DNA of 64,000 bases from Rhynchobatus australiae. Taxonomy: Eukaryota. The notes under the pieces were generated by a model. The model made no database searches. It saw only the letters and a program-made list of their open reading frames with translations, and had not been told where the DNA came from. A program made the position numbers and the translations under genes. The stretch covers positions 37,233,530 through 37,297,529 of the forward strand of contig JAUZTB010000002.1 in the NCBI GenBank assembly GCA_034780895.1, written 5' to 3'. Shown here one piece after another: positions 52,433-64,000 of this stretch (positions are counted from its first letter, which is position 1; each line of letters opens with the position of its first letter).

Positions 52433-55036
52433 GAAGTGAAAAGACATTTTCTCTTCAATCAGTAAACTTTTATAGCAGCATTTGCATTGCAGAAACGCTC
52501 ACTGACTACATTCATAAAGTTACTGCCTCAGGTCATGTGAAAGTGTGTGCATGTGCATGTGTGTACACGTGAGACAGTGTATGTATTTCTATTTTTATTT
52601 CAGCCTGATTTTTTTTCCCAGTTGCTTAATGGAGAATTTTACTTAATTTTTTTTGTATCTGTGAAGTCTGGCATTACTCTGTGTGTATTAAGGTGATTGC
52701 TAAAATTCCAAATTTATAACACAGAGCAATGTTTACTGTGATTTGGGTACATTGGTCTTTCAGTCCAATAAAGTTTTCAGTTCCATTTTAATGTTTAGAA
52801 AATCCTGTGAAATTACTGAGATTGACTCCTGTGGTGTAGCATGACATTGCTTGTTTGGCCATTATCGGAATGTTTTGGATATCATTAATGAGGAATTGCA
52901 GTGTTTTATCAATACCTTAAAACTTGTATTTACCTTCTGGTCTTAACATAAGAAATATAAAAGCATTCTACAGATGAAGAGAGGATACAAAAAGTGAAGG
53001 AAATGAGACAGTTACAGTAAAGGGAAAGTTTATTTATGGAGAGCTTCAGAACCAGGTAAGGATGATGTAGCAGAGGGATTTGGAAGGACCACCACAGCTG
53101 AAGGATTGGTAGGAGCATGAGTTGAAGTAGATTAGTGCAGATTGTTTGCAAGATCATAAAACTTGGAGGAGATCAGAAAACCAGGTTAGGGATGATCAAA
53201 AAGAACTTTAACATGAAGATCAAGGATATTTGAACCTTTGTGATACAGGAAAGCAGCAATACATGGTGGGCAGTATTTTGAGGGAGGTCCAGGGCTTTGT
53301 ATCGCATGCAGACTATGGATTGGATCTAGAGTTAGAAGCTCAGCTCAAGGTCAAGCACAATAGTAGACATTTGAACCTTGGGGTAAAGCAGTCTGGGATA
53401 GTAGCCTGCAGATGATCACAGAAGAGGAGGAGGATTTCCCTCATTGGTTATCATGACACTGATTATTTCAGTACAATGACAAAGTCAATTATTTTAACAC
53501 ACAGATATAGTGATGAATTCTGACATTAACAAATTGATTATTTTTGCCATTAGTTGATATTCAGAAAAATTATTGAATTAAAAATCTGAATTGCTCTTGA
53601 ACTTTGGTTAACTTCCACCAGCCATTTCAACCATTAACAAACATTGCCAGAAGCAACTCCATCTATATCTGAGGATTGGTGGTTCTGGAATCCAAACACA
53701 ATTGTCTTCAATCAGTTGCAGGCTTTGTGCTTGTTTTCTTTATAATGTGGTCTGTTCTTGGTAAACCCAATCATTTTCCAACTTCTGCCTTCCTATAATT
53801 ATCATTCCGGTAGGAAATACTCAGTTTCTGGCTGCTTTGGAATGATGCTCTTTATTTTGTATTGACGGATGTTTAAAAACTCTCATGGAATGCAGCATGA
53901 CTGTGCAATGCATTGTTTCTCCAGTTCGTTAATCCCTACTTCCTAGTTCTATTGCTAATGATCCAAAGTGAGGTGGGTGCATTTGGACCATTCTGTTCTC
54001 TGACTTCCATTTCAGGACTATAATATAAAATGTAGACCCCATGATTCCAGATGATATTTTCTGTGTCCAGCCTGTTGGTGTTTAGCCTGATGATTAGGAA
54101 TAATCAAAAATAAATACCACATCCTGAAAGCTAGAGATAACATTGTGACAGCTCCATTGGTTGCCAACCATTTTCAGATTTTTGGAATTTTTAAATCTCT
54201 ATTTTGCATTCTGATGATTGTTGCAGGGTAAGTCCTGCTTTTTGATAATCCCATCAAATGTTTTCTCTACTAGCGCAGCCAGTCACTGGAAGAACCAACC
54301 AACTGGCAACATCTTTATCTCAGTATTGAAGGAATTGATTTCAGAGTACGGAAAGCAATTAGAAATGGAAATCTTTGTGGTGCAACTCACGCTGTATTAG
54401 ATAAAGTATTTTTATAACATTGTGTTTAAAATATGACACCAAGGGAACATAACTCAGAGCAGAACAATAGGGATTCTAAGCCTTCTGTGGCTGGAGATAA
54501 TCAGCAAGAATGATTGGATCGGCAGAGCTCCAGATAGTCTCGGAANNNNNNNNNNNNNNNNNNNNNNNNNNNNNNNNNNNNNNNNNNNNNNNNNNNNNNN
54601 NNNNNNNNNNNNNNNNNNNNNNNNNNNNNNNNNNNNNNNNNNNNNNNNNNNNNNNNNNNNNNNNNNNNNNNNNNNNNNNNNNNNNNNNNNNNNNNNNNNN
54701 NNNNNNNNNNNNNNNNNNNNNNNNNNNNNNNNNNNNNNNNNNNNNNNNNNNNNNNNNNNNNNNNNNNNNNNNNNNNNNNNNNNNNNNNNNNNNNNNNNNN
54801 NNNNNNNNNNNNNNNNNNNNNNNNNNNNNNNNNNNNNNNNNNNNNNNNNNNNNNNNNNNNNNNNNNNNNNNNNNNNNNNNNNNNNNNNNNNNNNNNNNNN
54901 NNNNNNNNNNNNNNNNNNNNNNNNNNNNNNNNNNNNNNNNNNNNNNNNNNNNNNNNNNNNNNNNNNNNNNNNNNNNNNNAGCAATGTGTTCCAGTCAATT
55001 CCAAAGGCTAGTTTATTCAGCAAATTAAGAATTAAT

Positions 55037-55390
55037 ATCAGAATCAGATTTATTATCACTGACTTATATGACATGAAACTTGTTGTTTTGCAGCAGCAGT
55101 ACAGTGCAAAGATATAAAATTATGATAAATTACAAAGACAGTGCAAAAAAAAGAGTACTGAATTAGTGTTCATGGACCCTTCAGAAATCTGAAGGCAGAG
55201 GAGAAGAAGCTGTTCCTGAATCGTTGAGTGTGAGCCTTAAGGCTCCTGTACCTGCTCCCCGATGAGTAATGAGAAGAGGGTATGTCCTGAATGGGGATGG
55301 TCCTTAGTGATGGATGCCACCTTCTTGAGGCACCGCCTCTTGAAGATATCCTCAATGGTGGGGAGGGTTGTGCACGTGATGGAGTTAGCT
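55037..55390 (-). mobile_element. Rex1/Babar-type LINE 3' end (sister of 6432-6942)
   Basis: Closely similar UTR (atcagaatcagatttattatcactgac..cagcagtacagtgcaa) and peptide SGSRYRSLKAHTQRFRNSFF. Confidence 0.9.
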
Positions 55391-58300
55391 CTAGATGGAA
55401 CTAGCCTTCAATAAAACATTTATTTTATTTGAAAGGAATGGTTTTCTTGTTTCTTCTTGACCTATTGATAAAATCTAATTTGCAGAAACTGCTCATTTTG
55501 GAGCCTTACATTCTTTTGACTTCATTACCATCTTTTAATTACTGAGCAATGCAAGCAATCTGTTCAAAGCATTTCATCTCTGATGCTAAATGGTAACTTT
55601 AGGGAGGAAAGCAGTTACACTCAGCATAGGACCAGAATAATTGGTTAACTTTTAGGTAGGGCAGAATAAAATGAGAAGCTATGTCTTTTAGCATAATTTT
55701 GTAAAAAATACAATTCTAATACATTGACTTTAATAATTTCACATTTTCAATTGTAAGTATGTTCTGTCCTTAGCTGCCCAATTATTTGGTGGGGAACAAT
55801 ATTTTGGACATCTTTATTGCACTTTTTTTCTGTGTAATATCCCTACTATTTGTGTTTTCTGACATGAAGATAAATATGGGAGTTCAGATAATTAAGTATG
55901 TAAAAAAAAATTAAAACAGAACATGTCATTATTGATCTACATAGTAGTGGGCCCGAAGAACGAGTGACACAAAGTTCAGCAAAAAATGTCAACTTATTTT
56001 AGTGACTTAATTTCTTTTGATAGAAAATTGATGATGAACTTGTTTGCATGAAATTCCTTTATATGCTATTTTAACCTAATTATTTAAACAGGTTAATGAC
56101 TGCGCTAAAATAAGAATGTTATGTGAATTAACAATAGTACATTCCCAAAGGAGATTAACCCCTTAGTGTTGAAGGGTTTCATGTTTTTTCCCGTATGAAA
56201 TACTTGTTGCCATGATGTGTAAGGCATGGGGCAATGGATAATTGGGTCGGAGGAATATAAAATGTACTAAGCACCATTTGCAGAGCAAGTGGTCTCTAGC
56301 AGTGCCAGAACTGCCTTTGCTTCTCTGGAATGGAGTCTTTCACCTCAGACTGATAGCAGCAAGTGGGAAGCAGACGAAGAGGCTCTCTTGTGAAATTTAA
56401 AGTGCTCATTTCAGAATATGTGTAGGAAACCGTTTATGTACAAATGGACAGGGACAGGTGCGGANNNNNNNNNNNNNNNNNNNNNNNNNNNNNNNNNNNN
56501 NNNNNNNNNNNNNNNNNNNNNNNNNNNNNNNNNNNNNNNNNNNNNNNNNNNNNNNNNNNNNNNNNNNNNNNNNNNNNNNNNNNNNNNNNNNNNNNNNNNN
56601 NNNNNNNNNNNNNNNNNNNNNNNNNNNNNNNNNNNNNNNNNNNNNNNNNNNNNNNNNNNNNNNNNNNNNNNNNNNNNNNNNNNNNNNNNNNNNNNNNNNN
56701 NNNNNNNNNNNNNNNNNNNNNNNNNNNNNNNNNNNNNNNNNNNNNNNNNNNNNNNNNNNNNNNNNNNNNNNNNNNNNNNNNNNNNNNNNNNNNNNNNNNN
56801 NNNNNNNNNNNNNNNNNNNNNNNNNNNNNNNNNNNNNNNNNNNNNNNNNNNNNNNNNNNNNNNNNNNNNNNNNNNNNNNNNNNNNNNNNNNNNNNNNNNN
56901 NNNNNNNNNNNNNNNNNNNNNNNNNNNNNNNNNNNNNNNNNNNNNNNNNNNGAGTTAACTGCAGATATGCAACATTAGCTGTTTTCATCATATTGACCAT
57001 TTCTCATTGTTTTTCTCCATTTAAGCTTCTTTCATACATCACTTAGTAGCTTAGAAAATACTGAAGGCTTCGCTAACCTGCCTGTTATTTGCAAGTAGTG
57101 CACATCAGGGCCAATTGATGGGAGGAGGGGGAGGCAATGATTGGGTTGGAGGGGGGATATTGAAGGTGGGTTTGGGGTGGTTGCTTGTTAAATATTACTT
57201 TTGTTTTTAATGCATGACACCTATTGAATCTCTCCACCCCCACACATGTCCCTGATCCTAAGAAAAACAGCTATTAAATCCATGAACTGTTGCTGTGTCC
57301 ATAATTCATATCTGATTATTCTGTTATTGATTTCCCTTCCATATCACCATGAGACCTCCTCCTTTAGGAAAGAATAGTTTTCTTCCTGACCACAGGGAAA
57401 AAAAGAAAATCTACAGTGCAGTTAAATATTTCAAACTCTTAATCCAAAGTAGCTATGGCAAAAGGCTAATAATTCAAAAGTCTGACCTCAAATTCGACCA
57501 GTGTGATGTGATAACTGGTGCATGAAGTGACCATAAGAGCTGCCATGTTGCATGCTTTGACCAAGTTTACCACTAGCTTGTTCAAAATGCAGGTTGGAAA
57601 GAAGTTGTGAGAAAGAAGGCACGTTTGTGTTTTCCANNNNNNNNNNNNNNNNNNNNNNNNNNNNNNNNNNNNNNNNNNNNNNNNNNNNNNNNNNNNNNNN
57701 NNNNNNNNNNNNNNNNNNNNNNNNNNNNNNNNNNNNTTCCAGTTGAGCATTTTCATTCTTTTAAAAAATAACAAATATTTTCTATGTAATTATTTTCAGT
57801 GTTGCTTTTAGTACCCATTGAGGAATAGATTTGTTTTGGGGGTAAGATTTAAAATTAAACTGATAAAAAGTTTGAAACAAGAAACTCACCAGGTCTACTT
57901 CTGGTTTTAACAGAAGCAGATAAAGGCAGGCCTGGAAGTCTTCAGATGAAGTTAGGAGCCAGATCTATCAGGTGGTTGTCTCACAGCGGTTAGGAGTGGG
58001 TATGTTTCCTCTGAGTGTGACAGGCGAACCTGTAAACTCTACCTAACACACGTCCACTACCTCCAAAATTCCAGACCCTACACCCTGAAAACAATATGAT
58101 CAATGTCTTTGTGAGTACTAACCTCCAATCTCTTCGCTCCTTAACATGCTGCTGCTGCTGCTCCCCCTCCGACCTTTCCCTTCCATCTCCCCTGTCTCTC
58201 TACAATGTTTACCTCCAAAAATTATTTGATGTACTTTTTGAGTTGCAAGATTTCTCTTTCTTCTTCAAAAGCTGCCAATCAAGCTGGCTTCCAGTCAATG

Positions 58301-59204
58301 TATGTATTTTCTTTAAAAGCGTGCATCCACTGGAGTTAAAGTCCACAGTTTTTCCCAATAATAAGTAGCATTGCCATACCTTCAAGGCCTAATCTTGATG
58401 AGTATAGGGACTTTTTCTCATATTATTACCCTCCACACTTGGTCATTTAGAGTGGATTCTGAGATTGCTCTGTGGTGGTTAGTGTTAACTTGAGTAAAGG
58501 AAGCTTTCCCTAGGTGTGGACCTGCGGAAAAATATAAGAGGCATCAATGCAATCTATTTAACCTGAAAGAGCCTTATTTCTGTTCAGCAAGCTTTTCTGA
58601 GAGCTTTTCTGGTTTCGACCATGTAGCATTTTGCTTGCTGTATTTCTTCTTTACTATTGTAGAATGGGACCACATTTATGAGAAATCTTGACCGCTGCGT
58701 TGAGGGCTCCCAGATTGGAGATAAAGAACCAGTGAAAGTCAGGATGGATAAAAAGCAGTAGATTAGAAATTAGATTGCATAGCCCTGAAAAAATCAGTGC
58801 ATCTGATCCACTTATGATTGCACCTAGAGTAAATCATGTTAGCCAACATTTCCTGGTGACATTATACAAATTATGAAGTTGGACCAGGCTAGTGGCACAA
58901 ATCTTAAGCACTGAGATTTGTCAGCATTGCTGACTTTCGCTGAGTGTAGGCAGTCTTTGACTATACTCATGAGTCCACAATTATTTCCCCATTGACCTGA
59001 ACCTTTTTTTAATTGGAACCAGTTCCCATTCCCCCAGTGTGCAGATGGTTGTGGATCACTAGAAGAATTTTCTAATGGTGAATGTCAGTAGACATGACTT
59101 CTTCATCTAAGAGAGTCAGTTGTGCTGGATATTTTCAGTGCTGACACTACCCTGAGGGAAGAATCCTGGGGAACAAAGACTTCGTTCCATACACCATTGT
59201 ACTG

Positions 59205-59470
59205 TCTAAACACAGTAGCTCAACACAGGTATATGTGATCCACCAATACCAATACAGCAGTGAAAAATGCTTTATATCTCAGAAGACTGAGATGTTGTTG
59301 CTTGAATCAGTCCGGTGGCATCCAGCTCTACGTGTCCGGTAGCTGCAGAGACTTTGCCATAGTGTGCTTTATTCTGCATAACCTTTGCAATCAGAGGATG
59401 AGCAGCAAGAAGACAAAGAGCCTGCAGAGCAACAAGATCAAGAAGAGCAGGGGAAAGAAGAAAAATACCA
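59205..59470 (+). mobile_element. PIF/Harbinger (HARBI1-like) transposase C-terminal remnant
   Basis: RLRCCCLNQSGGIQLY...AIVCFILHNLCNQR resembles RFRCLD.SGG.LQY...IVVCC.LHN; followed in another frame by an acidic tail DEQQEDKEPAEQQDQEEQ. Confidence 0.6.
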
Positions 59471-60009
59471 GTGGAATTTCCTTTCTTGGTAACCACATCC
59501 TTGGGTTCAAGTGAGTGGAAAAAGAAGGCATTATATAAAAAAAACCTCTGTAATAAAGAGACAAAATCATGGTCCCTAATGCAAATTGTGAACCCTACAT
59601 CCTTCAATCTTTACCAACCATATATTAGGTAGGGAAGCCTATAGTGGTGTGAAACTCACACAGACATATCATATGAGGGCATAAAGTTTGTTTCTGTAGC
59701 AGATGGGTTTTCTCATTCCTGGAGAAGATACCTAGAACCATTGCCATGCATTTCCTCTTGTGATGGTTCTGGTTGGTCTCCTGCCCTGTTGGTGTACAGG
59801 ATCTCCCTTATGGCCCCTTGAGTGATTCTAGTAACTCCCTACCTCTTTCCTGCAGCCTTTCTCTCCTCCTTGGCTGCCATAGAGTGTGCTGCTGCTCTCT
59901 ACCTGGCTCATGGAGTGGGGGTTTCTTAACGGTTGACATTGGTAGGTATCCAACAAAGTGTTGCAAACCAGATTTAATTGAGCTTGATTCCATCGAGAAA
60001 CATATCGGA

Positions 60010-60084
60010 ACAAGAGACTGCAGATGCTGGAATCTAGGTCAAAAAAACAAACTGCGGAGGAACTGAGTGGGTCAGGCAACATCC
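60010..60084 (-). mobile_element. Penelope-like pLTR-derived repeat fragment
   Basis: agactgcagatgctggaatct..ggaggaactgagtgggtcaggcaacatc. Confidence 0.75.
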
Positions 60085-61386
60085 ACTTGATGGAGAGCCA
60101 GTGTCACAGGAGAGTTTCATTCTATCCTCCAATGATGTCCACAGAAATTAAGCTTCCAGGAAAGGACTTCTGACAATCATCAGGAAACTTTGCCTAAATT
60201 TTCCTCAAACATATTCTATGGGAATTGAAGTCAACTGTAACCCCAGGATTCCAGTCATGTCTGGCATCAACTGCCTGGGGATTGAGTTATAACATTTTTT
60301 TCGCCAGAACCTGATTCTTGCTGTGCCAAGAAATCTTTCCCTGCTATTATTGATGTGCACTCTTTGATTTGGAGTGGTCTTGAAGACCATTCCTCTTAAC
60401 TGGTGTGCAAGTAGACTATCCCATTAAAATTCAGTTTTGATCACCATTATTATTATTGAAACTAATAGAAAGTAATCCAATTGCAACACCAGCTAAAATT
60501 TGGTATTAGTATTCCCAGTCACACCACGATGACTCAACTGTGTATAAACATTGGTGATTGTAATGTATTGTGAGCATTAATAACGCAGCACTTTAAACAT
60601 TTCTAATATGTATCAGGTCATGGAATTTTACAGTCTCTCAGATTGTTCATCAGTGTACTTTCGGAAGTAACGCCACAGTCATCAATCCTCTAGTGTCAAT
60701 GGCATCACACTTGAAGGACAAGGTGTGCATTGGAACTCAGCCAGCCATGTACAAGAAAAGCTCCACACACCAAGAGCTCAGGCACAATGACATTGAGATA
60801 AAGGTTAATTCCAGAAGGATAGATCTTTGAACTTGCATGGATTTGACAGGCTTTGTGCAGGATGTTTCAATAATGACTGAATATTATGTTCCAGGCACTC
60901 AGTGGATAGTGACTCTGATTGTGAATCCTTGCTCATCCAGTTTAGTGTGAGCTATGCAGTTTTAAAAATTGTGGGTATCCCTTATGGATGTACTGCAAAT
61001 ATATCTGTTGAAAATCACAACAAAACTGGAAGGTAGAAAAAAGATATACAAAATTAAGCATTGAAGATGATAAATAATTAAATACTAACACAATCTGCGA
61101 ACTTAAACTAGTATTCAGATAATGGCTGTAAGTTGACGATTGGTTTATTTTGGGGTTTCATAGAGAGAGATAATAAGACTTGTATTACAATGTTCATGAT
61201 GTCAGTCTTCACAGCTGAAGGGGACCTATTAAAGAGTTGTCACTGATGTAATATAGGAAATGTGCCAGCAATTTGTTTTCCACAAGATCCCAGAGAACAT
61301 AACAACAGAGACAATTGGATAATTAGCGAGAAATTTATCTTGAGTCAGTACCACTAAATGTTATAAATAGTACTTGTATGATATGG

Positions 61387-61588
61387 AAGAGACTCTAGAT
61401 GCTGGAATTTGGAGCAAAATATAAACTGCTGGAAGAACTCAGTGGGTCAAGCAGTATCTGAGGAAGCAAAGTGTTGGTTGGCATCAGGACCTGATGTAGG
61501 CTCTCAACCCAAAATGTTGACTGTCTCTTTGCCTCCACAGATGTTGCTTGATGCACTGAATTGTGCCAACTGTTTATTTATTTTCTCC
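61387..61588. mobile_element. Penelope-like fold-back element with back-to-back hammerhead cores
   Basis: Left-arm reverse complement ctttgcttcctcagatactgcttgacccactgag matches right arm ctttgcctccacagatgttgcttgatgcactgaa; centre CATCAG-gac-CTGATG at 61482-61496. Confidence 0.8.
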
Positions 61589-61740
61589 TAGATGCTACAT
61601 TCCACTTCTGATATTCAGTTCCATTGACCTCAGTGGACCACATTTTGGAAGTTGAGTAGAATGTGCAGCCACTAATATATAGCATGTTTAGCATTACTGG
61701 GATTGAATTTCCAGGCAAATTAGTTTCAGTGACATGTACG

Positions 61741-61963
61741 CAGAAAATAGTGGAAATAATTAACAGGTCAGACAGTATATTTGAAAAGAGAAACAGAAAT
61801 TATATTTCATGTTGATGACCTTTCATGAGATAACCCATCATTCAGCTCATTGGTCTTAAATGGTAGCCTTTTTATTCTTGCAACATGGATGCTGCCTGAC
61901 TTACTGAGCATCTCCAACACTTAAAGTTTTAATTTAAGATTCCAGCATCCCCAGTATCTTGTT
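61741..61963. mobile_element. Penelope-like fold-back element, eroded
   Basis: Minus arm cagaaaatagtggaaata..caggtcagacag..gagaaacag and plus arm gatgctgcctgacttactgag..agattccagcatc. Confidence 0.65.
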
Positions 61964-63239
61964 CTGTTTCTCATGAGCTGAAATTTGGGTATAATATTTT
62001 CAAGGACTTCCCAGCTCATCATCTTCAAATTATGATGTAAAATATTTTTTTGCCATCAAGAGTTTAAAATCATAATCACATAAGAACAATACCTCCATTA
62101 TTGGCTCATCACTCTCCCTGTTCTGCACTAAAGTTTAAACCTGGGATGTGTTCAGTTCTGTGGAGAATCAGTTAAACCTATGGCCATCAAGTCATTCAGA
62201 GCCAAGAATACTACTGCTGAGCCAAGCTTGACAGCATTGTTTCATTGTTACCTAATAACCATTGCTTTGTAGGAATAGTCCATTATTATGTGTTTACTCA
62301 CATGCATCAAAGTTTAGAAGCAAGCAATGAGCAAACAAGGTACCATGAGTTAGTGTCAATATCTTCTTACTACAAAACTCCTAGCAAAACATTGGATATT
62401 CAAAGGTAGTCATTTTATTTTGAGGTTAGCTGGATATTTTTATAGTACAAGGGCTGCTCAGTGATTGAGCTAATATTTGTCTTATTATTTACAAATAAGA
62501 TATGGATATTTAGTATTGATTACTTTTGTCAACACATTTGAATGATATCAACAGAATATTTCACCAAATATTTCTTGCACACATTCCAATAGGCAGAGCT
62601 TGGCAGAAAGAAATGTTTTACCTCTATAGAATATCATTTTGCCAACTAAGTATTGGCCTGCTGCATTCTCTAATATTTTCTGCTTGTAGCCTGATAGAAT
62701 ATTGTATATTGTATTTTGATATGGTATCCAATATTCTTGTTACTTTAGCTCTTACATTTGAAGGGATTGTCAATTCTGAGCATGTATAGAATCAAGTTCA
62801 AATCCTGTAAGGTTTAGAATCCTACCAGTTTTTCCAGTAAAACCACAGTGAGGGATTTGTATTAATTTATTTTAGGGAGAAAAGAGATTCAGCTATTGTA
62901 ATGTCGATGGGCAAACCACAATGAAGTGAGAGGATTTTATTACAGACCTAAATCCTGGCATGAAGTGATTTATTTTCCCTACATTAATGGTGAACACTGA
63001 GTCATCATAATGACCATTAATGAGCTGAAGAGGTGTTAGTTATAGGTGATGAATGCATCTTGTCTTGACTTCCAGCACCTTACCTAGTACATGAGCTATG
63101 CCCTGATTTGTATTATGTGACCATCTTTTCTTGTTTCTCATTTATTTTTCACGATGTTCTTAATGAAACCTGCGCTGAACTTTGACTGTATACCTCTGAT
63201 GAAGAGGCTGACATTGAAATCATGTATTTCCTTTTACAG

Positions 63240-63395
63240 CTTGTGGGTGGGGATTCTACAAATCATCGTCACAGGACCATCAATGTGCTCGCTGCCCAGC
63301 TCACAGTCACACAGACCGGGAAGGCTCCTCACGATGTGAATGTGAGGATGGCTACTACAGAGCCCTTACTGACCCTCCCTCAGTACCTTGTACAA
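63240..63395 (+). CDS. EPHA7: EphA7-like next exon (canonical exon 4; EGF-like/Cys-rich region before fibronectin-III repeat 1)
   Basis: 156 bp, phase 1 to phase 1, AG acceptor at 63238-63239 and A|GTAAGT donor at 63396. Translated by hand: (A)CGWGFYKSSSQDHQCARCPAHSHTDREGSSRCECEDGYYRALTDPPSVPCT, matching EphA7 CGRGFYKSSSQDLQCSRCPTHS...CECEDGYYRAPSDPP. Confidence 0.95.
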
Positions 63396-64000
63396 GTAAG
63401 TTCAGTCATTTTCGCTTGTGCATCATGGTTTTCAGATATATCATGGATATTACTTCCTATTCAGCTAAAGGGCCTGATTTATGGCTAGTAATCCAGTTAA
63501 TGGGTTATTCACTTTTCCATTTCTAATTGTACATTACCTGAGGACAAAAGCAAGTGGTGTTTTTCCTATGTTCTTGCAAGCTTTAGAGACCTGCATAAAT
63601 TCAACATTGCTGCATCCATTGAACAGAGGTGGAAAGACCATAGAGTTTGGTCCTGATGTCTAGTTTGATGCTGCATGTATCTGCATTTATCTGAGTGGGG
63701 ACTCCAGGTGCCCAAGCCCAGCATGGAGATCATTTGTATCAGTTCTTACTGAATTTACCACTTACTCTTTGAGTGGAGAGGAGGAGAGTGGGAGACAGGT
63801 CTTATTCTTCTGTGATGCATTATGCCAAGACCACCATATTTAATGTGAATTACAATGATTGCACTTGAATAGGATATCTGGCCCTTTCTCTGGAGAGCCA
63901 ATATATCAGTTCATATGTTCCATAACCTAAAACACTTCCTAATAAAAGAAAAAAATTACAATTGCCTTTGAGTGATTCATGTAGAGCTAAAAATATGATA

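Larger units (their letters stand above)
1484..63239 (+). other. EPHA7: Large GT-AG intron (61,756 bp) of the EphA7-like gene
   Basis: GTAAGT at 1484; candidate branch CTGAC at 63208-63212; pyrimidine tract and ttttacAG ending at 63239. The flanking exons join in frame (G|CT = Ala). Confidence 0.9.

Noticed and set aside
54454-57046. Long ORFs of 166-206 aa
   Set aside because: They consist almost entirely of X residues from N-gaps.
63195-63230. CTGATGA...GAAA just upstream of the exon acceptor as another hammerhead
   Set aside because: Stem II cannot pair convincingly, the repeat body is absent, and the segment is explained as the branch-point region.
63154-63488. ORFs 63154-63339 and 63222-63488 as independent genes
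   Set aside because: They are alternative frames overlapping the real 156-bp Eph exon.

Overview
Vertebrate nuclear DNA with many N-gaps. The repeat repertoire (HER1/CR1 LINE tails, V-SINE, Deu-SINE, Rex1/Babar LINE, Penelope-type pLTR fragments) points to a cartilaginous fish, probably a ray or skate; this is inference. The window lies inside one + strand Eph receptor gene, best matching EPHA7. It holds the 670-bp ligand-binding/Cys-rich exon (814-1483), a 61,756-bp GT-AG intron (1484-63239) and the next 156-bp exon (63240-63395), which the ORF track misses and which splices in frame. The intron contains layered, partly nested fossil transposons. The most notable signal is about a dozen short Penelope-like fragments, several arranged as fold-back palindromes. 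They carry a minimal type I hammerhead-ribozyme motif, and one sense-strand copy (46226-46262) keeps the catalytic boxes. Also seen: an LF-SINE-like element, two eroded Harbinger transposase remnants and a homeodomain-site-dense candidate enhancer. No prokaryotic-type system is present. Repeat boundaries are approximate, and family assignments rest on recalled consensus motifs, not database searches.
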